From Candidatus [Bacteroides] periocalifornicus (lineage in GTDB: Bacteria > Bacteroidota > Bacteroidia > Bacteroidales > CAJPTX01), in NCBI GenBank assembly GCA_001421095.1, contig LIIK01000008.1, positions 2,791 to 66,790 on the forward strand: DNA of 64,000 nucleotides, read 5' to 3'. The notes under the pieces were generated by a model. That model searched no databases and was not told the DNA's origin. It saw only the letters and a list, made by a program, of their open reading frames with translations. Positions 21,480 to 30,939 of this stretch are shown here, one piece after another (the first letter of the stretch is position 1; each line of letters starts with the position of its first letter). The translations under genes were made by a program, and so were the position numbers.

Positions 21480-21690
21480 CCCTGGCAGGGCAGGAATGCG
21501 TTGGGGGCATCCACGCTCCCTCTCGTTTATCAGGCCGTTTACGGCTATTTAGTCGAGCAATAGCATTCGGGAAATGGTTCGGCGAGCCACCTTTCTTGGG
21601 GATCTAAGGGATTCTTAAGTAGGTGTTCATTCTGCTTTTTGAACGTACAGTTCGGGTAGAATTCCACGTTAGGTTGGGTTTTAAAAACGG

Positions 21691-21722
21691 GCAGGGTTGC
21701 GCGTAGCGACCCTGCTTTTTTT
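21691..21722 (+). terminator. Hairpin + T-run (orphan/bidirectional terminator)
   Basis: Stem gcagggt/accctgc, then T7. It lies 212 nt after the sigma stop, and its loop contains gcgtagcgac. Confidence 0.4.
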
Positions 21723-21904
21723 ATTTGTGTAGGCGGAGAATTAAGGAAGGGGTAATGTATCAACCTATTGTATTCCAATTGCTAGAATCATCATTGAGCC
21801 TAGCGTATTGAGCTAGATTATCGATGTTGTGTCTCGGGTTGCCACACAGGAAAAGAGCCCGAAGAGGGGAGGTCGGCAGATTTTTCTATCCCGACTTTTT
21901 CCTA

Positions 21905-21912
21905 TACCTTTG
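21905..21912 (+). promoter_or_regulatory. -7 promoter box (tacctttg)
   Basis: Lies 40 nt upstream of the ATG at 21952. Confidence 0.5.
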
Positions 21913-21951
21913 CGCGGTTTTTGGCATTGTAATATCCAAGATTATACTGTT

Positions 21952-22437
21952 ATGGAGCTGAAAGAAGTCCTATCCATATCTGGTAAGCCAGGGCTTTACC
22001 GAATGGTAGCAAAGACCCGCGGAGGTCTGCTAGTGGAGTCGTTGCTCGATGCGAAGCGCCTTGTGGTTCCGATGTCCTCCAAAGTCAGCGCGCTGTCAGA
22101 CATAGCCATATTCACCACAGAGGGGGAGGCCCCGCTGCATACCGTGTTCACAGCGGTTAAGCCGTTTCAGAAAGAGGTGGAATCCCTCGACATTAAGCGG
22201 GATGAGGAGGGGGTGAAGGCCCTTTTTGCCAAGGTGTTGCCGAATTATGCGGAGCACAAAGTGTATCCAGAGGTCATGCGTAAGGTATTCAAGTGGTTTC
22301 TCCTCCTTACGCAGCAGGGGATGGACGAGTTTACACCGTCAGCTGACGAATCGGCAACTGATTCTGGGGCTAGTGGGCAGAGCGCAGAGCCAGCGGCAGG
22401 CAAAGCTGGGGCAGAATCGCCTGCTGATGCCGACTAA
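21952..22437 (+). CDS. DUF5606-like conserved Bacteroidota protein
   Basis: MELKEVLSISGKPGLYRMVAKTRGGLLVESLLDAKRLVVPMSSKVSALSDIAIFT matches my recollection of DUF5606 N-termini. The track's upstream extension (21829) overlaps the promoter box. Confidence 0.6.
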   Translation: MELKEVLSISGKPGLYRMVAKTRGGLLVESLLDAKRLVVPMSSKVSALSDIAIFTTEGEAPLHTVFTAVKPFQKEVESLDIKRDEEGVKALFAKVLPNYAEHKVYPEVMRKVFKWFLLLTQQGMDEFTPSADESATDSGASGQSAEPAAGKAGAESPADAD

Positions 22438-22480
22438 GAGCGATAGTTAACGATAGTGCAACCATAAATATTTTACGCAT

Positions 22481-23791
22481 TTGGCCATGGACATTCCGAT
22501 TTCGGGGTGGTTACTCCTCCCCTTTGTGCTCATGCTGCTCACTATAGCCGTAGCCCCGTTGGTGGCAGAGCATTGGTGGGAGAGTAACCGAAACAAGCTT
22601 ATTGTCTCGCTTGTGCTGGGTGTTCCTACTGCTATCATACTCTGCCGCATGGGGTTATCCCATAATCTAGAGCATCAGCTGGTGTTTGACTATATACCGT
22701 TTATCGTCCTGCTCTTGGGGCTTTTTACCACCACAGGCGGAATTAAGCTAAGTGGCGATATTCGGGCCACGCCCGCCGTAAACACCCTGTTCTTGGCCAT
22801 AGGGGCCGTGTTGGCCAGCTTTATGGGAACTACAGGCGCCTCCATGCTCCTGATTCGCCCCGTGCTGGCCACCAATCGGCAGCGTCGGTTTACCGTGCAT
22901 ACCGTGCTGTTTTTCATAGCCATCGTCTCCAATGCGGGGGGGATACTTACTCCCCTTGGCGATCCGCCCCTCTTCCTGCTCTACCTGCGGGGTGCACCCT
23001 TTACGTGGTTTTTCCACCTGATTCCCGAGTGGCTTACGGTGAATGTCTTGCTGCTGGCGATCTACTATATTTTTGATAGCGTGCAGTACCGCAAGGAGTC
23101 AAAGGTCAATCTGCAGAAAGATGTGGCGGAGAAGCAACCCTTACGCCTTACTGGGTGCATCAATTTTGTGTGGTTGCTGGGCGTGATACTCGCAGTGGCA
23201 TTTATGAATGAGCAGTATTTCCCCTTCATGAAAGATCCCGTTACAGGAGTCAACACCTACTGGATGTTCCTACGCGAGGGGATGATACTGCTCATGGTAG
23301 TAGCATCGCTGCTGACCACCAAGAAATCGGTGCGCGAGGCCAATCAATTCACCTGGGGCCCTGTGGTAGAGGTTGCGTTCCTATTCGTGGGGATCTTCAC
23401 CACCATGGTGCCCGCATTGCTCTACCTTCAGCAGCATGCGCAGGCACTGGGGCTTACGAAGCCGATACACTTCTTCTTCGCTACGGGTGCGCTCTCAGGA
23501 TTCCTAGACAATGCCCCCACCGCGCTCGCATTCCATTCATTGGCCATGGGGTTACCTACCAATGTGCCTGAGATTGCGGGGATTACCGTGCCATTGCTCA
23601 AGGCTATCTCGCTGGGCGCAGTGCTTTTCGGCTCGATGACCTACATTGGCAATGGCCCGAATTTCATGGTGAAGGCCATCGCGGAGAGCAGCGGTATCAA
23701 GATGCCAGACTTCTTCAAGTACATGTACAAATTCTCCCTCATCATCCTGCTTCCGATTTTTGCCTTGGTGGCAGTGATATTCTTGCTCTAG
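22481..23791 (+). CDS. ArsB/NhaD-superfamily ion transporter (sodium:proton antiporter-like)
   Basis: About 11-12 TM helices. N-terminus SGWLLLPFVLMLLTIAVAPL.AEHWWESN, later GILTPLGDPPLFL and GNGPNFMVK. Confidence 0.65.
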   Translation: MAMDIPISGWLLLPFVLMLLTIAVAPLVAEHWWESNRNKLIVSLVLGVPTAIILCRMGLSHNLEHQLVFDYIPFIVLLLGLFTTTGGIKLSGDIRATPAVNTLFLAIGAVLASFMGTTGASMLLIRPVLATNRQRRFTVHTVLFFIAIVSNAGGILTPLGDPPLFLLYLRGAPFTWFFHLIPEWLTVNVLLLAIYYIFDSVQYRKESKVNLQKDVAEKQPLRLTGCINFVWLLGVILAVAFMNEQYFPFMKDPVTGVNTYWMFLREGMILLMVVASLLTTKKSVREANQFTWGPVVEVAFLFVGIFTTMVPALLYLQQHAQALGLTKPIHFFFATGALSGFLDNAPTALAFHSLAMGLPTNVPEIAGITVPLLKAISLGAVLFGSMTYIGNGPNFMVKAIAESSGIKMPDFFKYMYKFSLIILLPIFALVAVIFLL

Positions 23792-23830
23792 CCGAGGGCT
23801 AATTTTGTAGGGAGTATAGCGAGTATTTAC

Positions 23831-23864
23831 GGCGCGGGGGCGGTATGCCTCCGCGCCTTTTTTA
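23831..23864 (+). terminator. Rho-independent terminator
   Basis: Stem ggcgcgg/ccgcgcc, then T7. Confidence 0.65.
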
Positions 23865-23972
23865 TGCCTCTGCAAGATCCACATTTCCACCAATTGCCGA
23901 GCTTTCTATCGCGTTCTTGGTAGGGGTGCCGCTGTAGGGGCTTTACCGCACGCTGCTGTATGCGTTTTATCA

Positions 23973-24170
23973 CGACGCGGCGCGCCGCGTCGCTACGTCC
24001 TTCGGGGAACGGGAGAATAGGTTTTAAACCACCGCATTCCAAAGGGTGACCGCGGCAAAAGGCCCGTATGGGTTCAATCTTTATGGGGCTTTCCCCTTCT
24101 TTCGGGTAAACAGGTTTCAATCACGCAATCCCATTTCTCGAAGACCGTAGCGACGCGGCGTGCCGCGTCG
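23973..24170 (-). repeat. REPIN-like ~200-bp inverted doublet of GTAG-palindrome units
   Basis: cgacgcggcgcgccgcgtcgCTAC at 23973-23996 and GTAGcgacgcggcgtgccgcgtcg at 24147-24170. The arms and centre are homologous to 31149-31348 in reverse complement. Confidence 0.8.
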
Positions 24171-24322
24171 TTTACGTAGGCGATGTAGGGTCTTTTGATG
24201 GACATCGATTTTGTGGACTCGGTAGGGGCGGTGCTGTAGGGGCGGGCCGCGAGTTGCCCGCCCACCCTCGAATGCCCGCCCAAACAGAGCAGCGAGAGTC
24301 CCCGACGGGCTCTCGGGCGTTT

Positions 24323-24346
24323 GTAGCGACGTGGCGTGCCGCGTCG
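24323..24346 (+). repeat. GTAG-palindrome box, 'T-variant' (GTAGCGACGTGGCGTGCCGCGTCG), followed by a degenerate 20-22-nt tandem array to ~24440
   Basis: Read directly from the sequence. Lies 209 nt upstream of the ATG at 24532. Confidence 0.7.
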
Positions 24347-24531
24347 CGATTCCAAATGAGCCGCGTTGCGGTTATTAATGCCGCATCACAGTTCTTATAA
24401 TGCCGCGTCGCGATTCTAAGCGTGCCGCATCATTTACATGGCTGTGTAGGAATAAAATCGGTTGTCGGGCGTTTTTCTATTGAGTTGCCTGGGGGTGCGG
24501 TTTTTGTGCATAATCAAATAGAATGTGACTC

Positions 24532-25617
24532 ATGAAAAACAGCTTAAACCTTGCTATTCTCTTGGTTTTTGTTCTCCTGCTTTCGGGGTGTGTAGGGCGC
24601 AGGGGGCGCACCTGGCCATTGGAGCAGATGCCAACAGGCCCCTCAGACTATACCGTTTACTTCCTGCCGCAAAATGTGGTTCAGCTGCAGTTCACCCTAC
24701 TGCGGCATAGGCATACGGCAGGGCCTTACGCAGCGTACCAGGGGCAGCTCCTTGGAGTAGAGCCCGCATCTACTCCCGTGGTGCGGTACGCCATAGGGGC
24801 CGTGCAGCTCCGTACTAGGGTGGCGCCCGACCTTGCCCATCCTATAGCCGCCCGGGTGCCCAGGAACTGCCCGCTGTTCCTCCGTATGCTGAAGGGGGGC
24901 TACCTAGTGCCGGCCAATGCAGACCGGCAGCCCTCTGAGGCGGCGAACCTGCCCGATGGCGAGCGGGAGTCCCAACCCCTCTTTGTCGATCTTTCCGTTC
25001 AGCCGTTCATAGACGATCAGCGGAATATATTCTACTCTGTGGTAGAGCAGGATAGCGCATTGGTACGAGTGCCAGTGCAGCGGACCGTTACGGTTCAGCG
25101 CACGCTGCAGGAGAAGGCGAAGCAGGCCGCCGACCTGATATTCTCCCTGCGCAAAAAGCGAATCGATCTTATTTCAGGAGAGGTAGATCTCTCCAATTCG
25201 CCCGGCACCCTCCCGGTGATGCTTGCCGAAATCGCGAGGCTGGAGGAGGCCTACCTCTCGCTCTTCATTGGGCGAGATGTCACAGATACCCTACGCGTTG
25301 ACTATGAGGTAACCCCGCAGCCCGGGCAAACGATTACCATCCCATGCCGATTCTCGCCCGAGCGTGGCGTGGTGCCAGCCTCCGAGTTTGGGGCGAAGCC
25401 CATCACGCTGTCCATTACGCCGGGGGCGCAGTCCGATTCGGCAGCCCACCATCTCCGTCCTGTTGCGGGGCGTTTCTACTACCGAGTGGCCGCCCCCGTG
25501 GAGTACACGCTCTCGCTGGAGGGGCAGCACCTCCTGCAGGGCCAGTTGTATCTTGCCCAGTTCGGGCGCGTGATGACCCTCCCGCTGGCGACTAGCAGGC
25601 TGGGCCGATGCAAGTAG
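24532..25617 (+). CDS. Lipoprotein of unknown function (possibly DUF4831-like)
   Basis: Lipobox LLLSGC at the N-terminus. No catalytic motif recognised. The family name is from memory only. Confidence 0.5.
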   Translation: MKNSLNLAILLVFVLLLSGCVGRRGRTWPLEQMPTGPSDYTVYFLPQNVVQLQFTLLRHRHTAGPYAAYQGQLLGVEPASTPVVRYAIGAVQLRTRVAPDLAHPIAARVPRNCPLFLRMLKGGYLVPANADRQPSEAANLPDGERESQPLFVDLSVQPFIDDQRNIFYSVVEQDSALVRVPVQRTVTVQRTLQEKAKQAADLIFSLRKKRIDLISGEVDLSNSPGTLPVMLAEIARLEEAYLSLFIGRDVTDTLRVDYEVTPQPGQTITIPCRFSPERGVVPASEFGAKPITLSITPGAQSDSAAHHLRPVAGRFYYRVAAPVEYTLSLEGQHLLQGQLYLAQFGRVMTLPLATSRLGRCK

Positions 25618-25873
25618 AACGGCCGATTTGCCATTGGGGGCAGGCAGAGTTTTGTAGGAAGTCAGGCTTGAGAGGGTTGGAGCCCATTAGAAAACAGCCC
25701 GGGGAGCACGGCGAAATGTACCCACGCCTTCCATTGTAGAGTTGCCCTTTTCCCTTTCAAAGTTAAAAATCTTTAGCCAATCGCGCCCAATTACCGCAGG
25801 CGTAACGGAGCGACGTGCAGAGAGTCGTTTAACAGAGATTCGCAGAGGTCTTGTAATACCATTTCTATTGATC

Positions 25874-27049
25874 ATGCCCATTCCGCAGTCCATTTTTCGC
25901 TACGCGCAGGCCGTGCGGCGCCGTGTGCATGCCCACCCAGAGCTCTCTGCGCAGGAGTGGCATACCGCCTCCTACTTGCAGGCAGAGCTCGAGGCGTTGG
26001 GGTGGAGCCTGGTTACCATTCCTGATACCCCTAGCTTTCTCGCGGTGTGGAATCCTAGAGGCGAGCGCTTTATTGGCTACCGTGCCGAACTCGATGCGCT
26101 CCCCATAGCCGAGGCTACAGACCTGCCCTACGCCAGCGAAAATGCAGGAATCATGCATGCCTGCGGGCATGATATGCACATGGCCATCGCTATGGGGTTG
26201 GCCAAGATGCTCGCCGAGGGCAGCGCGATATTGCCCACCGGGGACGATACCGCATCTTACGGCGTGGTGCTGGTGTTTGAATCGTCTGAGGAGCTTCTCC
26301 CCGGGGGGGCGCCTGCCATATTGTCCAGCTCAGAATTCGCCCGCTACCGCCCCCAGTCTATTTTCGCCTTCCACGCCGATCCATCGCTCGCCACGGGGCA
26401 GATAGGGTTTCACCCAGGGCCATTCATGGCATCGTGCGATGAGCTCTACATTACCGTGTCGGGGCAGGGTGGGCATGGCGCCATGCCGCATCTTACCACC
26501 GATCCAGTGCTGGCCGCAGCGCAAGTGATAGTGGCGCTGCAGGCCGTGAGGGCGCGCATGCTGCCGCCTTTCACCCCGAGCGTGCTCACCATAGGCAGAG
26601 TAGAGGCGTTGGGGGCGACGAACGTGATACCCCACCAGGTGAAGATGCAGGGAACTTTCCGCACGCATGACGAGGAGGTGCGTAGGCAGGCGCACGCGCG
26701 CATTGCCACCGTGGCAGAGCGGGTGGCAGAATCAATGGGCAATACCGCCCAGGTTGAGATACGGCATGGGTACCCCGTGCTGGTGAATGCGCCGGAGCTT
26801 TGCCAGTCTGTAAGGCAGATGCTCAGTGCCGAGTGCGAGAATGCCGAGTGCGTGGAGGTGCCAATGCGCATGACGGCTGACGATTTTGCCTACTATGCCC
26901 AGCAGATTCCCGGGCTTTACCTTCGCCTGGGAGTGGGGGTAGGGGCAGGGCTGCACACCTCGGCCTTCAGCCCCGACGAGCAGGCGCTGGGGGTGGCGCT
27001 CTCAGCCCTGCAAGTACTGTGCCGCCACCCAGAGCGCTGGGGGAGTTAG
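25874..27049 (+). CDS. M20D family amidohydrolase (N-acyl-L-amino acid amidohydrolase-like)
   Basis: Motifs IFRYAQAVRRRVHAHPELS, HACGHDMH and FESSEE..PGGA. The ATG at 25874 gives the typical ~391-aa length; the track start at 25742 is a TTG extension. Confidence 0.85.
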   Translation: MPIPQSIFRYAQAVRRRVHAHPELSAQEWHTASYLQAELEALGWSLVTIPDTPSFLAVWNPRGERFIGYRAELDALPIAEATDLPYASENAGIMHACGHDMHMAIAMGLAKMLAEGSAILPTGDDTASYGVVLVFESSEELLPGGAPAILSSSEFARYRPQSIFAFHADPSLATGQIGFHPGPFMASCDELYITVSGQGGHGAMPHLTTDPVLAAAQVIVALQAVRARMLPPFTPSVLTIGRVEALGATNVIPHQVKMQGTFRTHDEEVRRQAHARIATVAERVAESMGNTAQVEIRHGYPVLVNAPELCQSVRQMLSAECENAECVEVPMRMTADDFAYYAQQIPGLYLRLGVGVGAGLHTSAFSPDEQALGVALSALQVLCRHPERWGS

Positions 27050-27280
27050 GCGGTCCAGGGAGGGATGGTGGAGCGCGGGTGAACGGTGCCAACCAACCTT
27101 TTTGCCCAGTGTGAAAATATTTGTAGCTTTGCAGCCTGATTTTCCGCCAAGAGAGCTGAATGCAACGCAAGGAGGCATCGCACCCCACAATGCGCCACCC
27201 GTGCAGGCCGTGATTGGTTGAGAATCCTGAAAATTCGAATAGGTAGTTAAAGGCTCATTTTTACATTCTTGCAATTCGCC

Positions 27281-27889
27281 ATGTTTGACATTTCAACCTT
27301 CATATCCCACGCGCTCAGCGGGTTCGTTATTCTCTTCGCCATCATCGATATCACGGGGGCTGTGCCAGTGGTGGTGAGCATGCTAGAGCGCGGGCAGACC
27401 TACAAGCCGCTCATAGTGGTAATCGCCTCCCTGGCGTTCTACATCGCGTTTTTCTACCTTGGGCAGGCGATCCTGAAGTTCCTGGGGGTCGATTTCACCT
27501 CGTTTGCCATAGCGGGCGCCCTGGTGCTGCTCGCGATGGCCATGGAGATGATATTTGACATCACCATATTCAAGGATACCAACCATACGGGCGATGCCAC
27601 CTTTGTGCCGTTGGTATTCCCCCTCATTGCAGGGCCGGGCTCCATCACCACCATCCTTGCCTTCAAAACCCAGTTCTCCAACGCGGAGATCCTAGCCGCC
27701 GTGCTGCTCAATCTGCTGGTGGTCTACCTGGTGCTGAAGAATGTCTACCTGGTTCAGAAATTCTTGGGTAAGGCGGGCGTGTACGCGCTACGGAAGTTTT
27801 TCGGGATCATCCTCTTGGCAACGAGCTCTAAGATGCTTATCGAAAATCTCTCCAAGATCATCGCGCAGGTTAGCGGTGCTGGGGAGTAG
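27281..27889 (+). CDS. MarC family (UPF0056) integral membrane protein
   Basis: MFDISTFISHALSGFVILFAIIDITGAVPVV and six TM helices. The first ATG is at 27281. Confidence 0.8.
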   Translation: MFDISTFISHALSGFVILFAIIDITGAVPVVVSMLERGQTYKPLIVVIASLAFYIAFFYLGQAILKFLGVDFTSFAIAGALVLLAMAMEMIFDITIFKDTNHTGDATFVPLVFPLIAGPGSITTILAFKTQFSNAEILAAVLLNLLVVYLVLKNVYLVQKFLGKAGVYALRKFFGIILLATSSKMLIENLSKIIAQVSGAGE

Positions 27890-27914
27890 AGGCTTTCATG
27901 TGGAATTTCTATAG

Positions 27915-27937
27915 GGCGGCGTGGGCCGCCTTTTTTT
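27915..27937 (+). terminator. Rho-independent terminator
   Basis: Stem ggcggc/gccgcc, then T7. Confidence 0.65.
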
Positions 27938-27950
27938 GTGCGCGGTGTGA

Positions 27951-28101
27951 GACATCTGCAAAAGGCCCGTATGGTTTTAATCTTTTACAGGAGGGCTTTC
28001 CTCTTCTTGCAAATAAATAGGTTTTAATCAATCACTTCCATTTCTCGAAGACCGTAGCGACACGGCGTGCCGCGTCGTTCATGTGATTTTGGCAGAGGTC
28101 T
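27951..28101 (-). repeat. MITE-like 151-bp element, inverted copy of 20046-20197
   Basis: TIRs agacatctgcaaaa / ttttggcagaggtct. GTAG-palindrome at 28054-28077. About 96% identical to the 20-kb copy by hand alignment. Confidence 0.7.
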
Positions 28102-28605
28102 TGGTGTGGCATTGTTAGGGCGGGTACTCGGGAGGCGGGCAACTCTCGGCCCGCCCCTACAGCTCCGCTCCTACCCAGGACGTAGTAGCCAATCTCGTTA
28201 TTTGATAGAAATGCGGTTCTCTGCAGCAAAGCACACGTAAGCGAAGCGGCGCGCTTAAAATTGCGAAGCGGCAGATTTAATATCACGACGCGGCACGCCA
28301 CGTCGCTACAAATACGGACCCGTCCCTACAGCATCTCCCCTGCCAAGATCCCCAAGGTAGGGATGGATATCCAATGCATGGGAGCACTGCAACCCATAGA
28401 AAGATGCGGCGCGCTGCGTCTTTTAAACGGGTTTTGCAGAGGTCTTTGTGTATAGTCTGGCCTGTCGCTCCCCCTGCGCGCATCTACGCCTATCTTGCGG
28501 GGGTATTTAGGGGCAGGCCGAAAGTTGCCAGCCCACCCCGTTCCTGCGCGTACCCTTCCACCATCCCATCTGCCCTTTCGTCCTACCAACCTCGTACCAA
28601 CCTCC

Positions 28606-28692
28606 TACCAACCCCGTACCTCCGTCGCTTCAAGTTCGGGTTTCGCCTTAGACGAAACCCGAACTTATAGCGACGGAGGTACGGGGTTGGTA
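28606..28692. repeat. 87-nt near-perfect hairpin element
   Basis: Arms taccaaccccgtacctccgtcgct..aagttcgggtttcg and cgaaacccgaactt..agcgacggaggtacggggttggta. About 40 bp of stem with a 2-nt internal mismatch. It is preceded by 11-nt tandem units c(c/g)taccaacc(t/c). Confidence 0.75.
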
Positions 28693-29119
28693 CGGCGAAG
28701 GTGCGGCCCATGTGTAGCCCAAGTGTGGGGATGGAGTAGGGGTATTTCATGTTCTACCGATTGAAAATAGAGCAGTTTTCGCTATAATTGAAAGATTTTC
28801 CTTTTAATAGGTTATATTTGTATTGAATTGGTAAACAGTTTGTTAGATTTATCATCGAGGATTTTCTTGAATCCTGTTGGAAATTTTCTGGGGTTGTGGG
28901 GTACAAATCCCGGATATCCGCGCTATCTTTGCGGCAAAGTTAACCAGGAGATCTCTGCGAAATCCCCCCAATCATCCGCGTTATCGGTGGTCGCTACGTG
29001 GCGTGCCGCGTCTCGATTAGATCCATCGCATCGTAATTGGGCGTGTGGCGTTGCGATTAGTTGCGCCGCATCGTTTAAATGGATTTTTGCAGAGGTCTTA
29101 CCCCATCATTCCTAGCATC

Positions 29120-29890
29120 ATGGCGATAGCAATACCCCATCAGCCCCGTTACCGAGACCACAGCCTGCCGATCTATTACCTTTGTGGCGAGCAGGTGCGC
29201 ATACGCCGTCGGCCTACGCAGATCCGCGATCCACGCAGCGAGGCGCAGAAGGCGCAGCGGTTACGATTCAAGGTGGCCTCCCACTTTCTGGCGCCGTTCA
29301 AATCGTTCGTGCAGAAGGGCTTTGAGCCGCTTGAGAAGGAGAATTTCCGCCAGGTGGGGGCGTATCAGCAGGCCTTGAGCCACCTGCTGGGGTACGCCAT
29401 ACAGCAGCAGGGTGACGTGGTGAAGGTTGATACCCAAAAGGTTGTACTATCTGAGGGGCGGAAAAACCCTATGGACACTGTGCAGGCTTCGGTGGCTAGC
29501 GGCATGCTGCGGGTGCGGTGGTCGGGTACGTTACCTAAGAAATGCAGCCTGGTACTGGTGGCCGCCCTGAACAGGGCAACCGGCGAGGTGCTGTGCCGGG
29601 AGCTGGAGGCTGGGGAGCTGGGCGATGGATTCGCGCTGAAGGTTCCTGACGATTGGAACGGCGCGGCGTTGGATCTCTGGCTAGCCCCGTGGCACAGCGG
29701 GAATCGTGGGCGTTTTGATTCGATCCACGTGGTGGTAGATGGGGTGCAGCCCGCTGGGCAAGAATTCCTCTGCGCGCATTTGAAGGACCTGATTCCCAAC
29801 CGTAAGGGCAGCTCTATTCGGATAGCCTCTGAGCTCAGACGCCGCATTCTCATCCCTGATTTCTACACAGGCCGACGACGACGGCGGTGA
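29120..29890 (+). CDS. Hypothetical protein (possibly DUF6266-like)
   Basis: The ATG at 29120 lies just after a ttttgcagaggtct repeat end. The pattern VRIRRRPTQIRDPRSEAQKAQRLRFKVASHFLAPFKSFVQKGF resembles my recollection of DUF6266, which is weak evidence. Confidence 0.45.
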   Translation: MAIAIPHQPRYRDHSLPIYYLCGEQVRIRRRPTQIRDPRSEAQKAQRLRFKVASHFLAPFKSFVQKGFEPLEKENFRQVGAYQQALSHLLGYAIQQQGDVVKVDTQKVVLSEGRKNPMDTVQASVASGMLRVRWSGTLPKKCSLVLVAALNRATGEVLCRELEAGELGDGFALKVPDDWNGAALDLWLAPWHSGNRGRFDSIHVVVDGVQPAGQEFLCAHLKDLIPNRKGSSIRIASELRRRILIPDFYTGRRRRR

Positions 29891-30114
29891 GACGCGCCCG
29901 CTTTACGCGTCTTGGCGATACGATTCTTACGTCCCAATCGTTATACAATGTTAGGGTAGGGCGAGCGAGCGTGTTGCGCGGTATCGCCCGTACCAAGATT
30001 GTAGGAACAGACATCGTCAATTTGGGAATGCGTTTTTCCTCTAGATTTTAAGATCTAGGATTCGGGAATCTGCGGATAATTCAACGATATCGGGAATTAC
30101 TCAACCATCCCGCT

Positions 30115-30729
30115 ATGAAGTGTGCCCAGTGGCTATACGGTTTGGTGCTGGTGTGCGTTTTGAGCTCGGTGTGCACCACGGCATCGGCGCAAGATTCTGT
30201 GCCGGTGGAGTTTGGAGGGCGGGTGCTGCCCGCCTACGTAGAGAATGGCGACACCATCCCCTACGAGCACATATTCGAGGTGGTGATAGTGCCGCGACGC
30301 ACCTTTCGGAATGAGCGCGAGCTGCGGGCTTACAGGCGGATGATAGCCAACCTGAAGAAGGTCTACCCGTACGCGCAGGAGGCCAAGCGCCTGCTCCGCG
30401 AGATGGATTCGGTGTACGGGAGCCTCGATTCTCGCATGGCGCGCTCCCGCTACGCTTCTCAGATGGAGCGGAAGCTGAACCGGCAATTTGAGAAGCAGAT
30501 CCGCAACCTCACCTACTCGCAGGGGCGCATGCTCATCAAGCTCATCAACCGGGAGACGGGGCGCACGACCTACGATATCATCAAGCAGTTTCGCGGTGGT
30601 CTCTCGGCGGGGTTCTGGCAGATTATCGCCAAGATGTTCGGGTCAGACCTCAAGTCGGGCTTCGACCCCGTGGAGGAGGATCGCATTCTGAATGAGCTCA
30701 TCATACTCTACGAGCACGGGCAGCTGTAG
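30115..30729 (+). CDS. DUF4294 domain-containing protein
   Basis: Signal peptide, then RELRAYRRMIANLKKVYPYAQEAKRLL and YSQGRMLIKLINRETGRTTYDIIKQFRG. Confidence 0.7.
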   Translation: MKCAQWLYGLVLVCVLSSVCTTASAQDSVPVEFGGRVLPAYVENGDTIPYEHIFEVVIVPRRTFRNERELRAYRRMIANLKKVYPYAQEAKRLLREMDSVYGSLDSRMARSRYASQMERKLNRQFEKQIRNLTYSQGRMLIKLINRETGRTTYDIIKQFRGGLSAGFWQIIAKMFGSDLKSGFDPVEEDRILNELIILYEHGQL

Positions 30730-30768
30730 GGGCGTGATGAAGAATTTGGTGGGTATGGAAAAAGTGCC

Positions 30769-30776
30769 TACCTTTG
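30769..30776 (+). promoter_or_regulatory. -7 promoter box (tacctttg) for the tRNA gene
   Basis: Lies 19 nt upstream of the tRNA 5' end. Confidence 0.5.
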
Positions 30777-30794
30777 CAGTCGGATTCTTGAGGG

Positions 30795-30868
30795 GGCGAG
30801 GTAGCTCAGCTGGTTAGAGCGCATGATTCATAATCATGAGGTCGGCGGTTCAATCCCGCCTCTCGCTA
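30795..30868 (+). tRNA. tRNA with CAT anticodon (elongator tRNA-Met type; tRNA-Ile2/lysidine not excluded)
   Basis: Hand-folded cloverleaf: acceptor ggcgagg/tctcgct (two G-U pairs), D arm gctc-agctggtta-gagc, anticodon arm catga-ttCATaa-tcatg, T arm ggcgg-ttcaatc-ccgcc. No encoded CCA. Confidence 0.85.
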
Positions 30869-30895
30869 CGACATGTGTTTTGGTGAAACAATGGG

Positions 30896-30933
30896 GAAGA
30901 GGGAGGCTTTCGGGTCTCTCTTTTCCTTTTTTT
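30896..30933 (+). terminator. Putative tRNA terminator
   Basis: Stem gaagagggag/ctctcttttc (contains G-U pairs), then a T-run. Confidence 0.4.
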
Positions 30934-30939
30934 GCGGGT

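Larger units (their letters stand above)
23866..24470. repeat. Intergenic repeat mosaic (G-module, REPIN-like doublet, GTAG-box + short tandem array)
   Basis: Shares long blocks with 27951-29100, 30940-31495, 32585-33400 and 38520-40260. No credible ORF. Confidence 0.75.
27951..29100. repeat. Intergenic repeat mosaic
   Basis: Contains the MITE-like unit, a G-module (28112-28175), an inverted T-variant box (28286-28309), a long hairpin (28606-28692) and a variant box plus array (28991-29085). Only palindrome-derived pseudo-ORFs are present. Confidence 0.75.

Noticed and set aside
23827-24355. Small ORFs in repeat regions giving peptides such as ...DAARRVAT..., ...RHAASLRP..., ...ATRRAASF..., ...VATWRAAS... 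(also at 28032-28764, 30866-31346, 32647-33476, 38852-40184, 45468-45665 and 62229-62653)
   Set aside because: They are translations of the same palindromic repeats read on both strands and in several frames. They have no consistent length or start and show biased composition. I treat them as non-coding.
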